In this document: one piece after another, positions 1 to 9,600 of the stretch | Layout: the number at the start of each line of letters is the position of its first letter | Position numbering within the stretch: the stretch's first letter is position 1 | DNA from: a virus | Taxonomy: Duplodnaviria; Caudoviricetes | Length of the DNA: 63,394 nt | Virus record (IMG/VR): IMGVR_UViG_3300028588_000025 | Coordinates: 1 to 63,394 of that record | Strand: one strand, 5' to 3' | Notes under the pieces: model-generated | Told to the model about the DNA's origin: nothing | Databases searched by the model: none | Seen by the model: only the letters and a program-made list of their open reading frames with translations | Translations under genes and position numbers: made by a program

Positions 1-137
1 ATTATCGCCTGGTTCAATGGCCCTGAGTGGGACGATGTTGCCCGCGAAGCCTTCGCCGACGCTGCAGTTCGAGTCGAAAGCTCGGCCAAGCAGAACGCGC
101 CCTGGGAAGATCAGACAGGTGATGCTCGAGCAAACCT
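1..137. repeat. Terminal overlap matching 63258-63394 (assembly circularisation)
   Basis: Direct comparison: 136/137 identical, C at 127 vs A at 63384 (CGA/AGA, both Arg). Confidence 0.97.
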
Positions 138-330
138 GAGGGCTCAAGCTACGGTCGAAGGTACGGACGTGATCCTGACCCTCGAGCATGGTGTGGAATA
201 TGGCCTCTGGCTTGAGGTCATCCAATCGGGTTCCTACGCCATCATCATGCCGACCCTCGAGCAAGAGGGCCCGGGCATCATGGATGAGGTTGCACGACGA
301 CTCGCTAGCGCACGAAAGGGGAACAACTGA
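1..330 (+). CDS. 3' part of HK97 gp10-like neck/tail-completion protein (starts at 63213, crosses junction)
   Basis: Frame 1 open from 1 to TGA 328-330; AKQNAPWEDQTGDARANL and HGVEYGLWLE resemble gp10-like motifs; located between head-tail stopper and tail terminator. Confidence 0.7.
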   Translation: MIAWFNGPEWDDVAREAFADAAVRVESSAKQNAPWEDQTGDARANLRAQATVEGTDVILTLEHGVEYGLWLEVIQSGSYAIIMPTLEQEGPGIMDEVARRLASARKGNN

Positions 331-749
331 TGACTGCTCGCACTGCAGTTTACGGGGCGCTTGCCAACGATCAAGACCCCGAGTACCTCGACCTGATCGG
401 CCGGAGCAACCCTCGCGTCTTCGCCAAGAAGTCGATGACCTCTTCCATCGAGTCGACTCCCTACATCGTCTACAAGATGGGCAACTCGAGTGCTGAGGGC
501 CTGTCCGAGGATCGAGACCCTGAGCGCCAGTTCTTCCAGGTCTGGGTGCACGACTTCCACGATGGCAAGAATGCGGACTACATGCGCATCGACCGGGTCA
601 TCACCCACGTGAAGCGAATCCTCGAGAAGATCAACGGCCAGGGCATCTGGACCGTTACGTTCCTCGAGACCTCCCAAGACCTCAATGACGAAACACTCAA
701 TACCGTGTTCCGCTACCTGCGGTTCCAAATGATCAAAGAAGGAGAATGA
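330..749 (+). CDS. Putative tail terminator protein
   Basis: 139 aa; synteny upstream of major tail; FQVWVHD and terminal RYLRF strand pattern. Confidence 0.6.
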   Translation: MTARTAVYGALANDQDPEYLDLIGRSNPRVFAKKSMTSSIESTPYIVYKMGNSSAEGLSEDRDPERQFFQVWVHDFHDGKNADYMRIDRVITHVKRILEKINGQGIWTVTFLETSQDLNDETLNTVFRYLRFQMIKEGE

Positions 750-750
750 C

Positions 751-1095
751 ATGAGCGACACGAGCAGCAACAAGGTTCGAGTGGTCTTCAAGGGCGACGC
801 CGACATCCGCGAGCTCTCGAGCGCCGACCTGCAGGTCTCGGGTGTGGAGGGCTTCAGCAAGCGGGCCTTCTACCGCAACGTCCCGACCGAGGTCGATGAG
901 AACGTGGCCGCGGCCCTGGTCGACGCCCCGATCTACGGCGACTTCGAGTACTTCAAGCCCGAGGAGGAGGAGGTGGCTGCCGAGGCCGTCGTCCCCGCCA
1001 GCAAGAAGAAGGCTGGGGCTGGCACGGGTTCCGCTTCGACCTCGACCGGCACGGGCTCGACGACCACGGGCGGCAACGGTTCGTCGACCAGCTGA
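751..1095 (+). CDS. Hypothetical virion-module protein with Gly/Ser/Thr-rich tail
   Basis: RBS AAGGAG upstream; phage-like codon usage. Confidence 0.7.
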   Translation: MSDTSSNKVRVVFKGDADIRELSSADLQVSGVEGFSKRAFYRNVPTEVDENVAAALVDAPIYGDFEYFKPEEEEVAAEAVVPASKKKAGAGTGSASTSTGTGSTTTGGNGSSTS

Positions 1096-1200
1096 TCACG
1101 AATCATGAGGGGTTTGCCTTGAGCGTCGCTGGGATGCACTTCTAAGCGACTTGCATGCGCCGCATGATAAATTACCCGATGACAGGAAACGAGCCCGCAA

Positions 1201-1395
1201 ATGGCGACTGAGCTCAGGTGCAAGGGGACACTCTTCGGGGTAGTCTCCGATGACCTCAAGACGATTGAGGTCAAGTGCAAACGACGTAAGTGCGGCTACG
1301 CTCCCGGCATGGTAATCATCCACACCCTGTCACTCGAGACTGGGGAAGAAATCAACACTCAAAGGTTCTCCGAACCACTCTCAGGAAGGCAATAA
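1201..1395 (+). CDS. Small Mu Com-like zinc-ribbon protein
   Basis: ELRCKG...IEVKCKRRKCG resembles the Com-family IEIKCxRC motif. Confidence 0.55.
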   Translation: MATELRCKGTLFGVVSDDLKTIEVKCKRRKCGYAPGMVIIHTLSLETGEEINTQRFSEPLSGRQ

Positions 1396-1396
1396 C

Positions 1397-1948
1397 ATGG
1401 CACTCCCGGATTACGCACTCCCGTTTGGTCTGCGTGAGGTCGTTCTCACGCCGATCACCGATGCTGGCGTTCTCGTCACCGCCGATGCGTGCGCTCTGCC
1501 CGCCTCGCGTACCTTCAGCTTCACCGAGGCTGAGGACTTCGAGGAGCTCCAGGGCAACGACCGCACCGAGGCCTCGCACGGCGCCGGCCCCACCGTCGAC
1601 TGGGAGCTCGAGGGTGGTGGTATCTCGATGAAGATCTGGAAGATCATGTCGGGCGGTACCATCACCGAGTCGGGTGTCTCGCCGGCCATGGTCCGCAAGT
1701 ACACCAAGAAGACGAGTCAGCAGCGCCCGTACTTCCAGGTCGAGGGTCGCGCTATCTCCGACAACGGTGGCGACGTGCATGGTGTCGTCTACCGCTGCAA
1801 GGCCGACGGCGACCTCGAGCTCGAGCTGGCCAACGGCTCCTTCGCCCTGACCAGTGCCTCGGGCAAGGGTTACGGCAACCAGGTGACCGAGGACCTGTAC
1901 GACTGGATCCACAACGAGACCGCTAAGGCCATCAAGCCCGCGGCCTGA
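1397..1948 (+). CDS. Major tail protein
   Basis: 183 aa; strong RBS; strongly biased codons; upstream of chaperone and tape measure. Confidence 0.8.
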   Translation: MALPDYALPFGLREVVLTPITDAGVLVTADACALPASRTFSFTEAEDFEELQGNDRTEASHGAGPTVDWELEGGGISMKIWKIMSGGTITESGVSPAMVRKYTKKTSQQRPYFQVEGRAISDNGGDVHGVVYRCKADGDLELELANGSFALTSASGKGYGNQVTEDLYDWIHNETAKAIKPAA

Positions 1949-1964
1949 CCTGCAACATGAAGTC

Positions 1965-1998
1965 GGGGGGGTAGACAAAAGAAAGAGCTGCCCCCCCG
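1965..1998 (+). terminator. GC-rich hairpin after major tail gene
   Basis: GGGGGGGTAG...CTGCCCCCCC inverted repeat. Confidence 0.55.
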
Positions 1999-2159
1999 CA
2001 AGAATATGGCAGGGTATCGTGGGTTGTTGCGTGATTTGTTATCGTGCAATATGGTAGCCACCATATGCACGACATAACGAAACGGGCAAGACCCGCTATA
2101 TCTTGCATCACGAAAGAAACAACAAACACAAACCATTACCCGATCCCCTGGAGGACCAA

Positions 2160-2744
2160 ATGGGCAAGTCCGGAAACCCCGCCAAGCAGGCCGAAGAGCT
2201 CAAGATCTCTCAGGTCGGTGACTTCAAGCATCGTCTCGGCGGAGTGCAGGAGCTCCCTTCGGGTCTGGTGGTCAAAGTCAAGAACCCTGGAGGTCTGAAG
2301 GCCTTTCTCAAGGGTGGCATGATCCCCAACGAGCTCATGGGCACGGTGCAGAAGGCTCTCTCGAAGGGCAAGACCCCGAAGGCCAGCGACATCATGAAGG
2401 ATGGGAAGATCGACGACGATACTCTCATCGCGATGACGCGCATGATGGACAGCGTCGCGGTCATGACGATCGTCGAACCCCAGATTTTCCCGACCCTCAC
2501 CCAGGCCGACGTCGACGCCTGGAACGCGGACAAGTCGCCTGAGCACCCGCTGTACGCCAACGAGATCGACGACATCCGCCAGGACGACCGCCTCTACGCG
2601 GACGAGCTTCCCGACGACGACAAGCAGTTCCTGTTCCAGTGGGTCTCCGGGGGTACCCGCGACCTCGAGATCTTTCGTCAGCGACAGCAGTCAGGTATGG
2701 AGTCTGTGGTTGCAGTCTCAAGCAATGCGGCAGACACCCGCTGA
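2160..2744 (+). CDS. Tail assembly chaperone (G-like)
   Basis: GGAGG RBS before ATG 2160; located between major tail and tape measure. Confidence 0.8.
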   Translation: MGKSGNPAKQAEELKISQVGDFKHRLGGVQELPSGLVVKVKNPGGLKAFLKGGMIPNELMGTVQKALSKGKTPKASDIMKDGKIDDDTLIAMTRMMDSVAVMTIVEPQIFPTLTQADVDAWNADKSPEHPLYANEIDDIRQDDRLYADELPDDDKQFLFQWVSGGTRDLEIFRQRQQSGMESVVAVSSNAADTR

Positions 2745-2961
2745 TGTCCTAGGACTGACCGAGGGTAGCTACGAGGCGTACTGTCTAAACCAAGCCGTTT
2801 GGTATTATGGCAGTACGCTCCAATCCGAACTTGAGAAGGCTGGCCGAACCCGTGCAAAGGGTGAAGCCAAGGTCGAATCCGCTCGGGCCCGAGTGCTTGG
2901 TAAGTACCTCGGTAAGGAACAGACTCAAAAGTTCGCCGATCCGGGCGCATTTTTCTCGTAA
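2674..2961 (+). CDS. Tail assembly chaperone extension (T-like), probably reached by +1 frameshift
   Basis: +1 frame open through ATC TTT CGT C (2670-2679) to TAA 2961: FVSDSSQVWSLWLQSQAMRQTPADVLGL... Confidence 0.6.
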   Translation, partial: FVSDSSQVWSLWLQSQAMRQTPADVLGLTEGSYEAYCLNQAVWYYGSTLQSELEKAGRTRAKGEAKVESARARVLGKYLGKEQTQKFADPGAFFS

Positions 2962-2977
2962 GATCAGGAGTAGGTGA

Positions 2978-5827
2978 ATGGCCGAATCGCTTGGTACCAT
3001 CCGGGGTCAGGTTATCCTGGATGTCAAGCAGGCGCTGGCGGCCTACACTGAGACCCGACTTGCTCACCTGAACACGGTTACGGCCCTGCACTCCGGTGCC
3101 TCGGCCATGCGCCAGTCGGGTGCCGCCATCGCGGGTGTGGGAGCCCTTATGGTGGGCGGCTTCCTCGTTGCAGTCCAGGCAGCCTCGGAGTTCGAGCGAA
3201 AGCTTGACTACTTCGGGGCTGTCTCGGCGTCGACTCAGGATGAGTACGATGCCATCCGCGAGAAGGCCCTGCAGCTGGGTGCTGACACGATCTACTCGGC
3301 AAACCAGATCGCCGACAGCTTCGTCGAACTGGGTAAGTCGGGCGTTAGTGCCAAAGATATCATCAATGGTATCGGTGAGGGTGTTGCTGCCCTGGGTGCA
3401 GCCGCTGACATCCCGCTCGACACCGCGGCCAACATTATCACGGGTGCTGTGGCTACGTTCCAGTTGGGTGCGGGCCAGGCGGTAAGCGTCGCCGACCAGC
3501 TCGCGGGCGCAGCGAATGCATCGACTCTCGACGTCGAGGACCTTGGGGTCTCGCTGAAGTACGCGGGTGGTGTGGCTTCCTCACTGGGCGTTAGTTTCAG
3601 TGAGACCAACACAGCCCTTGCCCTTCTGGGTAAGTATGGCATCAAGGGTTCGACTGCTGGTACCTCGCTTCGTCAGGTGCTGCTGGGTCTGAATGGTAGC
3701 ACCAAGAAGGCTCGAACGGCGCTCAAGGAACTGGGCATCATCACTGACGATGGCGCCAACAAGTTCTACAACGCAGACGGCTCAGCCAAGTCGCTCAGCG
3801 AGGTCTTCCAGATTCTTCAGGATTCCACTGAAGGCATGAGCGACCAGCAGCGCACGGCAACCATGCAGCAGATCTTCGCCACTCGTGCGCTGCCTACTCT
3901 GATCGCCCTGACCAACGAGGGTGCTGAAGGCTTCAGCAAGATGGCCGATGAGATCGGCAAGACGACTGCTGCGGAAGTTGCCGGCAAGCGACTCGACAAC
4001 CTCTCGGGTGACATCGAGATTCTTCGAGGCAACATCGATACGCTGCTCATCTCGAGCGGTTCAGGCTTCCAGGGCTTTGCTCGAAGCATCGTGCAGGGGC
4101 TCACTAGCCTGCTCCAGGGCTTCCTCAACCTGAGCTCTGGCACACAGACCGTCATCCTCAGTGTCATCGCCATCGGTGGTGCCTTCCTGGTGGTCATCGG
4201 TACGCTCGGTATCTTCGCCGGGTTCATCCTCAACATCGTTGCCCTGGCAATGCAGCTCGCTCCGGTCCTCAGCGGGCTACGGGTTGTGATCATGGCGCTC
4301 AATGTGATCAAGACCATTGGTGCTGCGTTCGCAGCGTTCAACGCCATCCTCATGGCCAACCCCATCATCCTGATCATCACACTGATCGTGCTTCTGATCG
4401 CAGGGCTCATCTGGTTCTTCACCCAGACTGAGGTGGGTAAGCAAGCTTGGTCCTCGTTCATGCGCTTCCTCAGTGAAGCATGGGCGAACATCGTAAGCGT
4501 AGCCACGACGATCTGGTCGGCCCTCGGTAGCTTCTTCACCGATACCTGGAACAACATCAAGAATGGCATCCTGACCTTCGTCAACTGGGCCATCAACGCC
4601 TTCCTCAACTTCACTCCACTGGGTCTGATCATCAGTCACTGGAGTGATATCGTTTCGTTCTTCACGACGTTGTGGACTAACATCACGACTGGCATTGTCC
4701 TCTTCGTGACTAACGCCATCACATTTTTCCAGCAGCTTCCTCAGAACATCGCGGCATTCTTCCAGGCACTGCCTGGCATGGTGGGCTACGCGATCGGCTT
4801 CCTGCTTGGTACGATCGTCAGGATCATGACTGAGATCGGGGTCTGGCTTATCACCAACGTCCCCATTATGATCAACAACGTTGTCACATTCTTCTCCGAG
4901 CTGCCTGGTAAGATCATCATCTTCATCATGCAGCTGTACAACGATGTCACTTCATGGATCCTCAACATGCAGATCACGGCGATGGTTTACATCGCTGGAC
5001 TCGTGACTGACGCCATTAGCTTCTTCCAGCAGCTGCCCGGTAGGGTCCTTGCATTCGTGATGCAGCTGGCAAGCAACGTCATGACTGGCTTCCAGATCAC
5101 CAAGGCCAATGCGGTCAACACCGCAAGCAACCTGGTGACTAACGTGATCAACTTCTTCCAGCAGCTGCCTGGTCGAGTCCTCTCGGCCCTGGCCCAGATG
5201 GCGGCCTTCGTTCTCTCGAAGTTCAACGAGGCAAAGGCAACCGCGGTCAGCATTGCCAGTGGCATCGTTTCGACCATTACCGAAACCCTGAACCGACTGC
5301 CTGGTGCAGTCTCGGGCATCTTTGGTCGAGTGGTCTCGGCGATCAAGGAGCTGGCTACTAGGGCATTCAACGCGGTCAGGGACTTCGCTGCTGGCCTCTG
5401 GAACGGCTTCAAGGATGGTCTGGGTATCCACTCGCCGTCCTACATCGAGCACGCCATGTGGGCCATCACTGGAGTGATCGATGAGGAGACTCGCCTCATG
5501 CGTAAGCAGGTCCGCACCATTCAGGGCCTTGGTAATGGCATCAGCGAGATTGGCGACAACCTCGGGTTCAAGTCGGGCCTTGACGACGACCTCAGCAAGA
5601 TGTACGAGATGGTCGCCGCGACCAAGAGCCTGCAGGACGAGCTCTCGTCTCAGACCGCCCTCGGTGTGGACGCTACCCAGACGCTGACCATGAAGGCTAT
5701 GGCAGACCAGCTCAAGGACCTCAAGCAGGAAACGAACATCGACGTCAAGATCGATAACCCTGCTCCGGAACCTGCTTCGACTTCGCTCCCCAGGGCGATT
5801 CGGCAGACGACCTATATGGTAGGATAA
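2978..5827 (+). CDS. Tape measure protein
   Basis: 949 aa; TP901-type core (A/G-rich, GIKGSTAGTSLR), hydrophobic segments, W/F periodic repeats, LGIHSPS motif. Confidence 0.95.
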   Translation: MAESLGTIRGQVILDVKQALAAYTETRLAHLNTVTALHSGASAMRQSGAAIAGVGALMVGGFLVAVQAASEFERKLDYFGAVSASTQDEYDAIREKALQLGADTIYSANQIADSFVELGKSGVSAKDIINGIGEGVAALGAAADIPLDTAANIITGAVATFQLGAGQAVSVADQLAGAANASTLDVEDLGVSLKYAGGVASSLGVSFSETNTALALLGKYGIKGSTAGTSLRQVLLGLNGSTKKARTALKELGIITDDGANKFYNADGSAKSLSEVFQILQDSTEGMSDQQRTATMQQIFATRALPTLIALTNEGAEGFSKMADEIGKTTAAEVAGKRLDNLSGDIEILRGNIDTLLISSGSGFQGFARSIVQGLTSLLQGFLNLSSGTQTVILSVIAIGGAFLVVIGTLGIFAGFILNIVALAMQLAPVLSGLRVVIMALNVIKTIGAAFAAFNAILMANPIILIITLIVLLIAGLIWFFTQTEVGKQAWSSFMRFLSEAWANIVSVATTIWSALGSFFTDTWNNIKNGILTFVNWAINAFLNFTPLGLIISHWSDIVSFFTTLWTNITTGIVLFVTNAITFFQQLPQNIAAFFQALPGMVGYAIGFLLGTIVRIMTEIGVWLITNVPIMINNVVTFFSELPGKIIIFIMQLYNDVTSWILNMQITAMVYIAGLVTDAISFFQQLPGRVLAFVMQLASNVMTGFQITKANAVNTASNLVTNVINFFQQLPGRVLSALAQMAAFVLSKFNEAKATAVSIASGIVSTITETLNRLPGAVSGIFGRVVSAIKELATRAFNAVRDFAAGLWNGFKDGLGIHSPSYIEHAMWAITGVIDEETRLMRKQVRTIQGLGNGISEIGDNLGFKSGLDDDLSKMYEMVAATKSLQDELSSQTALGVDATQTLTMKAMADQLKDLKQETNIDVKIDNPAPEPASTSLPRAIRQTTYMVG

Positions 5828-5831
5828 CCGC

Positions 5832-6668
5832 ATGGCTAACACGATTGACACCTACTGGGATGTCGATGGGGTGTCGTTGAATACCCTGGCCAGGAACATC
5901 GAGACGGATGAGGGGCTCATGGCTCCCCCGCCTCTTCGCGGTTCCAATGTGGTCATTCCACACCGGGTGGGCACTCAGCGGGTGAGCAAGACCGTTGACG
6001 AGCGAGTGCTGAACCTCAAGATGTGGGTGCGCGCGACCGATGATGACGGCGCATATCCTGCCGGCAGGAAGGCTCAGAGAGCCCTCTACGAGTCCAACAT
6101 GCGCGCATTGCGTCAACTCCTCTGGCGAAGCGGGGAGCCGATCCAGCTGCGCAAGCGATTCTACGTCGACGGCGTGCTTCGAACTGCGGTTGCGACTGCC
6201 GAGTTCGATGGAGGTATGGACCCCTCGAAGATCGGCCATGGGCTGGGGAAGTTCACGGTCGACCTGCGACTCGCTGACCCCTACTTCTACGATGAGGCAT
6301 ACACAACCATTGCCCTCGGCGCGGCGGATGTTACGACGGTGGTCCCTGGTGATGGTCGAACCAACAAGATCCTGATCAACGCCATTGGTTCTCGCAACAG
6401 CCCGATCGTCAACAACCGCACGCTCGGCGTTGTCACTCAGTTCAACCAGGACATCCCCGCTGGTGCGTCGCTTCAGATCGACGTCGAGAAGTACAAAGCC
6501 CTCTACACTCCGCCTGGGGGCACTCAGACCACGATGAACAGCAAGGCACTGCACACGGGTGACCCTTCCTGGATGGTTCTGAAGCCCGGGCCCAACACTC
6601 TCCGACTCACCTCGACGGGCGCTGGTCTTGGCGCTGTCAACCTTCAGTATAAGGCGGCTTGGCTATGA
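5832..6668 (+). CDS. Distal tail (Dit-like) minor tail protein
   Basis: Directly after tape measure; ADPYFY and LKPGPNTL motifs. Confidence 0.8.
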   Translation: MANTIDTYWDVDGVSLNTLARNIETDEGLMAPPPLRGSNVVIPHRVGTQRVSKTVDERVLNLKMWVRATDDDGAYPAGRKAQRALYESNMRALRQLLWRSGEPIQLRKRFYVDGVLRTAVATAEFDGGMDPSKIGHGLGKFTVDLRLADPYFYDEAYTTIALGAADVTTVVPGDGRTNKILINAIGSRNSPIVNNRTLGVVTQFNQDIPAGASLQIDVEKYKALYTPPGGTQTTMNSKALHTGDPSWMVLKPGPNTLRLTSTGAGLGAVNLQYKAAWL

Positions 6669-9600
6669 GCAATGAAGGCATCGAGCTGCGGATCTTTGAT
6701 TACAACGATCCCACCAAGTACCTCGACACGATCTACAACCGCCAGAGCCCCAAGTTCCTCGAAGAGCTTGGCGGTAGTCAGGGCGGCTCGTTCACGGTCT
6801 CGACCAGTGACGCTCAGGTCGCTGAGAACCCTCGGCTCATCGACTACCGCCAGGTGGTCAAAGTCGCAGTGGACAACAAGGAGATCGGCATCTGGCTGAT
6901 CCGAGGCAACGACTCGGAGACCATCACCGAGGGCGAGCTCACCAGCGAGGTCTACAACGTCAACGGCCCCTCGGCTCTCGAGGGCTGGCTGGATGATGCT
7001 ACTGTCCGACCCTACGGCAGCTTCACTCGCTACTCGGCCGACAAGCGGTATTTCAACTTCGCCACTGAGCGAGGTGACTGGTACGACCCGAGTCAGTGGT
7101 TGCCTGCACTCTGGGCGGGTGACTGGGGCTACGACCCCTGGGGCAACCTCCCCGACAAGTGGCCGTCCGATCACGCCGCCAAGTGGATCTGGGCTACGGC
7201 CTATGAGTCGCCCTTCCAGGCTGCTCCGGGGTCGGTCAGCATCTTCCGCCACGAGTTCACGACGAACGATGATGGTGGCACTTGGGTCTTCTACCTGGGT
7301 GGTGATGACTTCATGGAGGCCTGGGTTGACGGGGTTAAGATCGTCGACACTGACTTCCTGAAGATCTCCTTCGCTGAACCGACCAAGGTCGAACTTCAGC
7401 TGCCCAAGGGCGATCACGTCCTGACTGCCCGAATCACCAACGGCATGAACGCGACTGGCAACCCTGGTGGTCTGATGGCTGCTATCTACCACAAGGTGAA
7501 CGACGTCGAGCAGCTTTACCGCTGGACGGGTCGAGGCCCTGCCGATGGCGGAACCTGGTGGTCGTACTACATCGCCCCTGGTAGCAACCGCATGCTGCCG
7601 ACCTGGACACCTGGCGCGATCATGCTCAAGCTGATCGATGAGGCCAAGGCTCGAGGCGTTCGTTCGATGAGCTGGATGAAGCCCACGTTCACCTCGACTC
7701 GCGACTCTGATGGGGTGCTCTGGCCGGTCACTGATCAGCCCTGGGAGTTCGAGGTCGGCGAGTCGCTCTACTCGGTCGCCAGCAAGATCATGGAGCTCGG
7801 CTACTACATGGAGCTGACCCCCAACCTCGACCTGACGATCCGTCAGCAGAAGGGATCGAATCGAGCCATCGACCCTGGCGCCATGGTCTTCGAGCGAGGC
7901 AAGAACCTCCGCAAGGCCAGCCAGAAGGGTGTGGGCAAGATCAAGAACGCCCTGGCCGTCAAGACTGACGAGGGTTGGCTCATCGACCCCGCCACTACCG
8001 ACACGACCTCAGTGGCGAAGTACGGTCGACTCGAGAGCACCTTCTCAGCCAAGGTCACGGCATCGACGGCCAAGTCGCTGCTCAAGCCGCTGTTCAAGCA
8101 GTATGCGACTGCCGAGGAGGGGGCCACCTACGAGGTCGTGACGACTGAGGACATGGTGCCTTGGATCGATTACCTCGTCGGTGACTACGTCCTCGCCCCT
8201 GACCGCTACGACCTGCTGATCCCTCGTCGGGTGGTTTCGATCTCGGTCGAGCAGGGCGACAATGGTCGACCGCTGTACACCATCGAGTTCGACACCATCT
8301 TCCAGGACAACGAACAGAAGATGGCGAAGATCATCTCCAACGTGACTGGGGGCGGAGTCGGCAACGACCGAGCCAATGGCACGGGGGTCTCGCCGGCGAT
8401 CGGTACTCCCATCACGCCGCCTGCTCCGGTGGCCATGCCCGTGCCGCCGAAGCTGCCGACTGGGCTGGCGATCACGTCAGAGGGTACCTGGAACCAGCTG
8501 GGGTCGGCCCCCCTCTCGATCGCTCATGTCTCCTGGGACAGGGTGCTCACGAACACGGCCAACACGGCGATCACCGTCGAGTACTACGAAGTCCAGATGA
8601 GGACACTCGGCGAGGCTGACGAACAGGTGGTCGCAAGCACGACGGCCCTGACTGCTAACGTTCAGCCCCTCGCCCCTGGTGTGGAATACCAGTTCAGGGT
8701 TCGAGCCGTCCAGACTGTCGATGGTCCCGTCTCGGCCTTCAGCCCCTGGGTTACGCACAAGGCGATCGGCCCCTCCACACCCCTGCCTGCGCCGAGCACG
8801 CCGACCCTGAGCTCGAGCATGGGCCTGCTGACCGTCAACTGGGATGGGTTGCTGGGCAACGCCGAGCCTGCTCGCCAGTTCCGATACGTCTACGCTCAGG
8901 TCAGCACCGACGGGGTGAACTGGCAGACCAATGGTTCGGTGATGCAGCGCAACGGGCGCAGCACCAATATCGCGGGCCTGACGGTCGGCACCAACTATCG
9001 GGTGCGCCTGATCGCAATGGATGTCGCAGGGATCGCCTCAGAGCCGTCAGGGATCGCCAACATCACCTTGACGGGCATCGACCTCGGGTCACTTGAAGCG
9101 GACCTTGCAGGCAACAAGGCTGCTATCGAGGCTGCCGAGGATGCGATTGATCAGCTGGGCCTCGACCTCGACGAGATCGACATCGATGTTACTCAGGCTC
9201 AGTCGACTGCCAACAATGCTCAGACGGTAGCGGAAGCAGCTCGACTGGCCGCTGCGTCGAAGTCCAAGGTTTGGCCGACTGGCCCCACTCCGCCGACGAG
9301 TGGCATGGCGGTCGATGACCTGTTCATCCGATCCACCGACGGTGCGCTGATGAGGTTCAGCTCGTTGGGCTGGCTCGTCGTGCCGCTCGCAACTCAGGCA
9401 TACATCCAGTCCCGAAGCTTCAACCTCATCACCAACGGCACGGGACTGCTCGGCAACAACACGAACTTCTCGCCGTTCACCTTCGATCCGAGCGACCACC
9501 CCACTGGCGCCCTGGGCATGTTCAGCACGAACCTGACTCTGGCGCTGCTTGATGAGCTTATTCCCGTCGATCCCACCCTCATCTACGAGCTCAGCTACGC

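Noticed and set aside
1-137. 137-bp terminal repeat as a biological DTR
   Set aside because: It falls in the middle of a structural gene, which is typical of assembler circular overlap.
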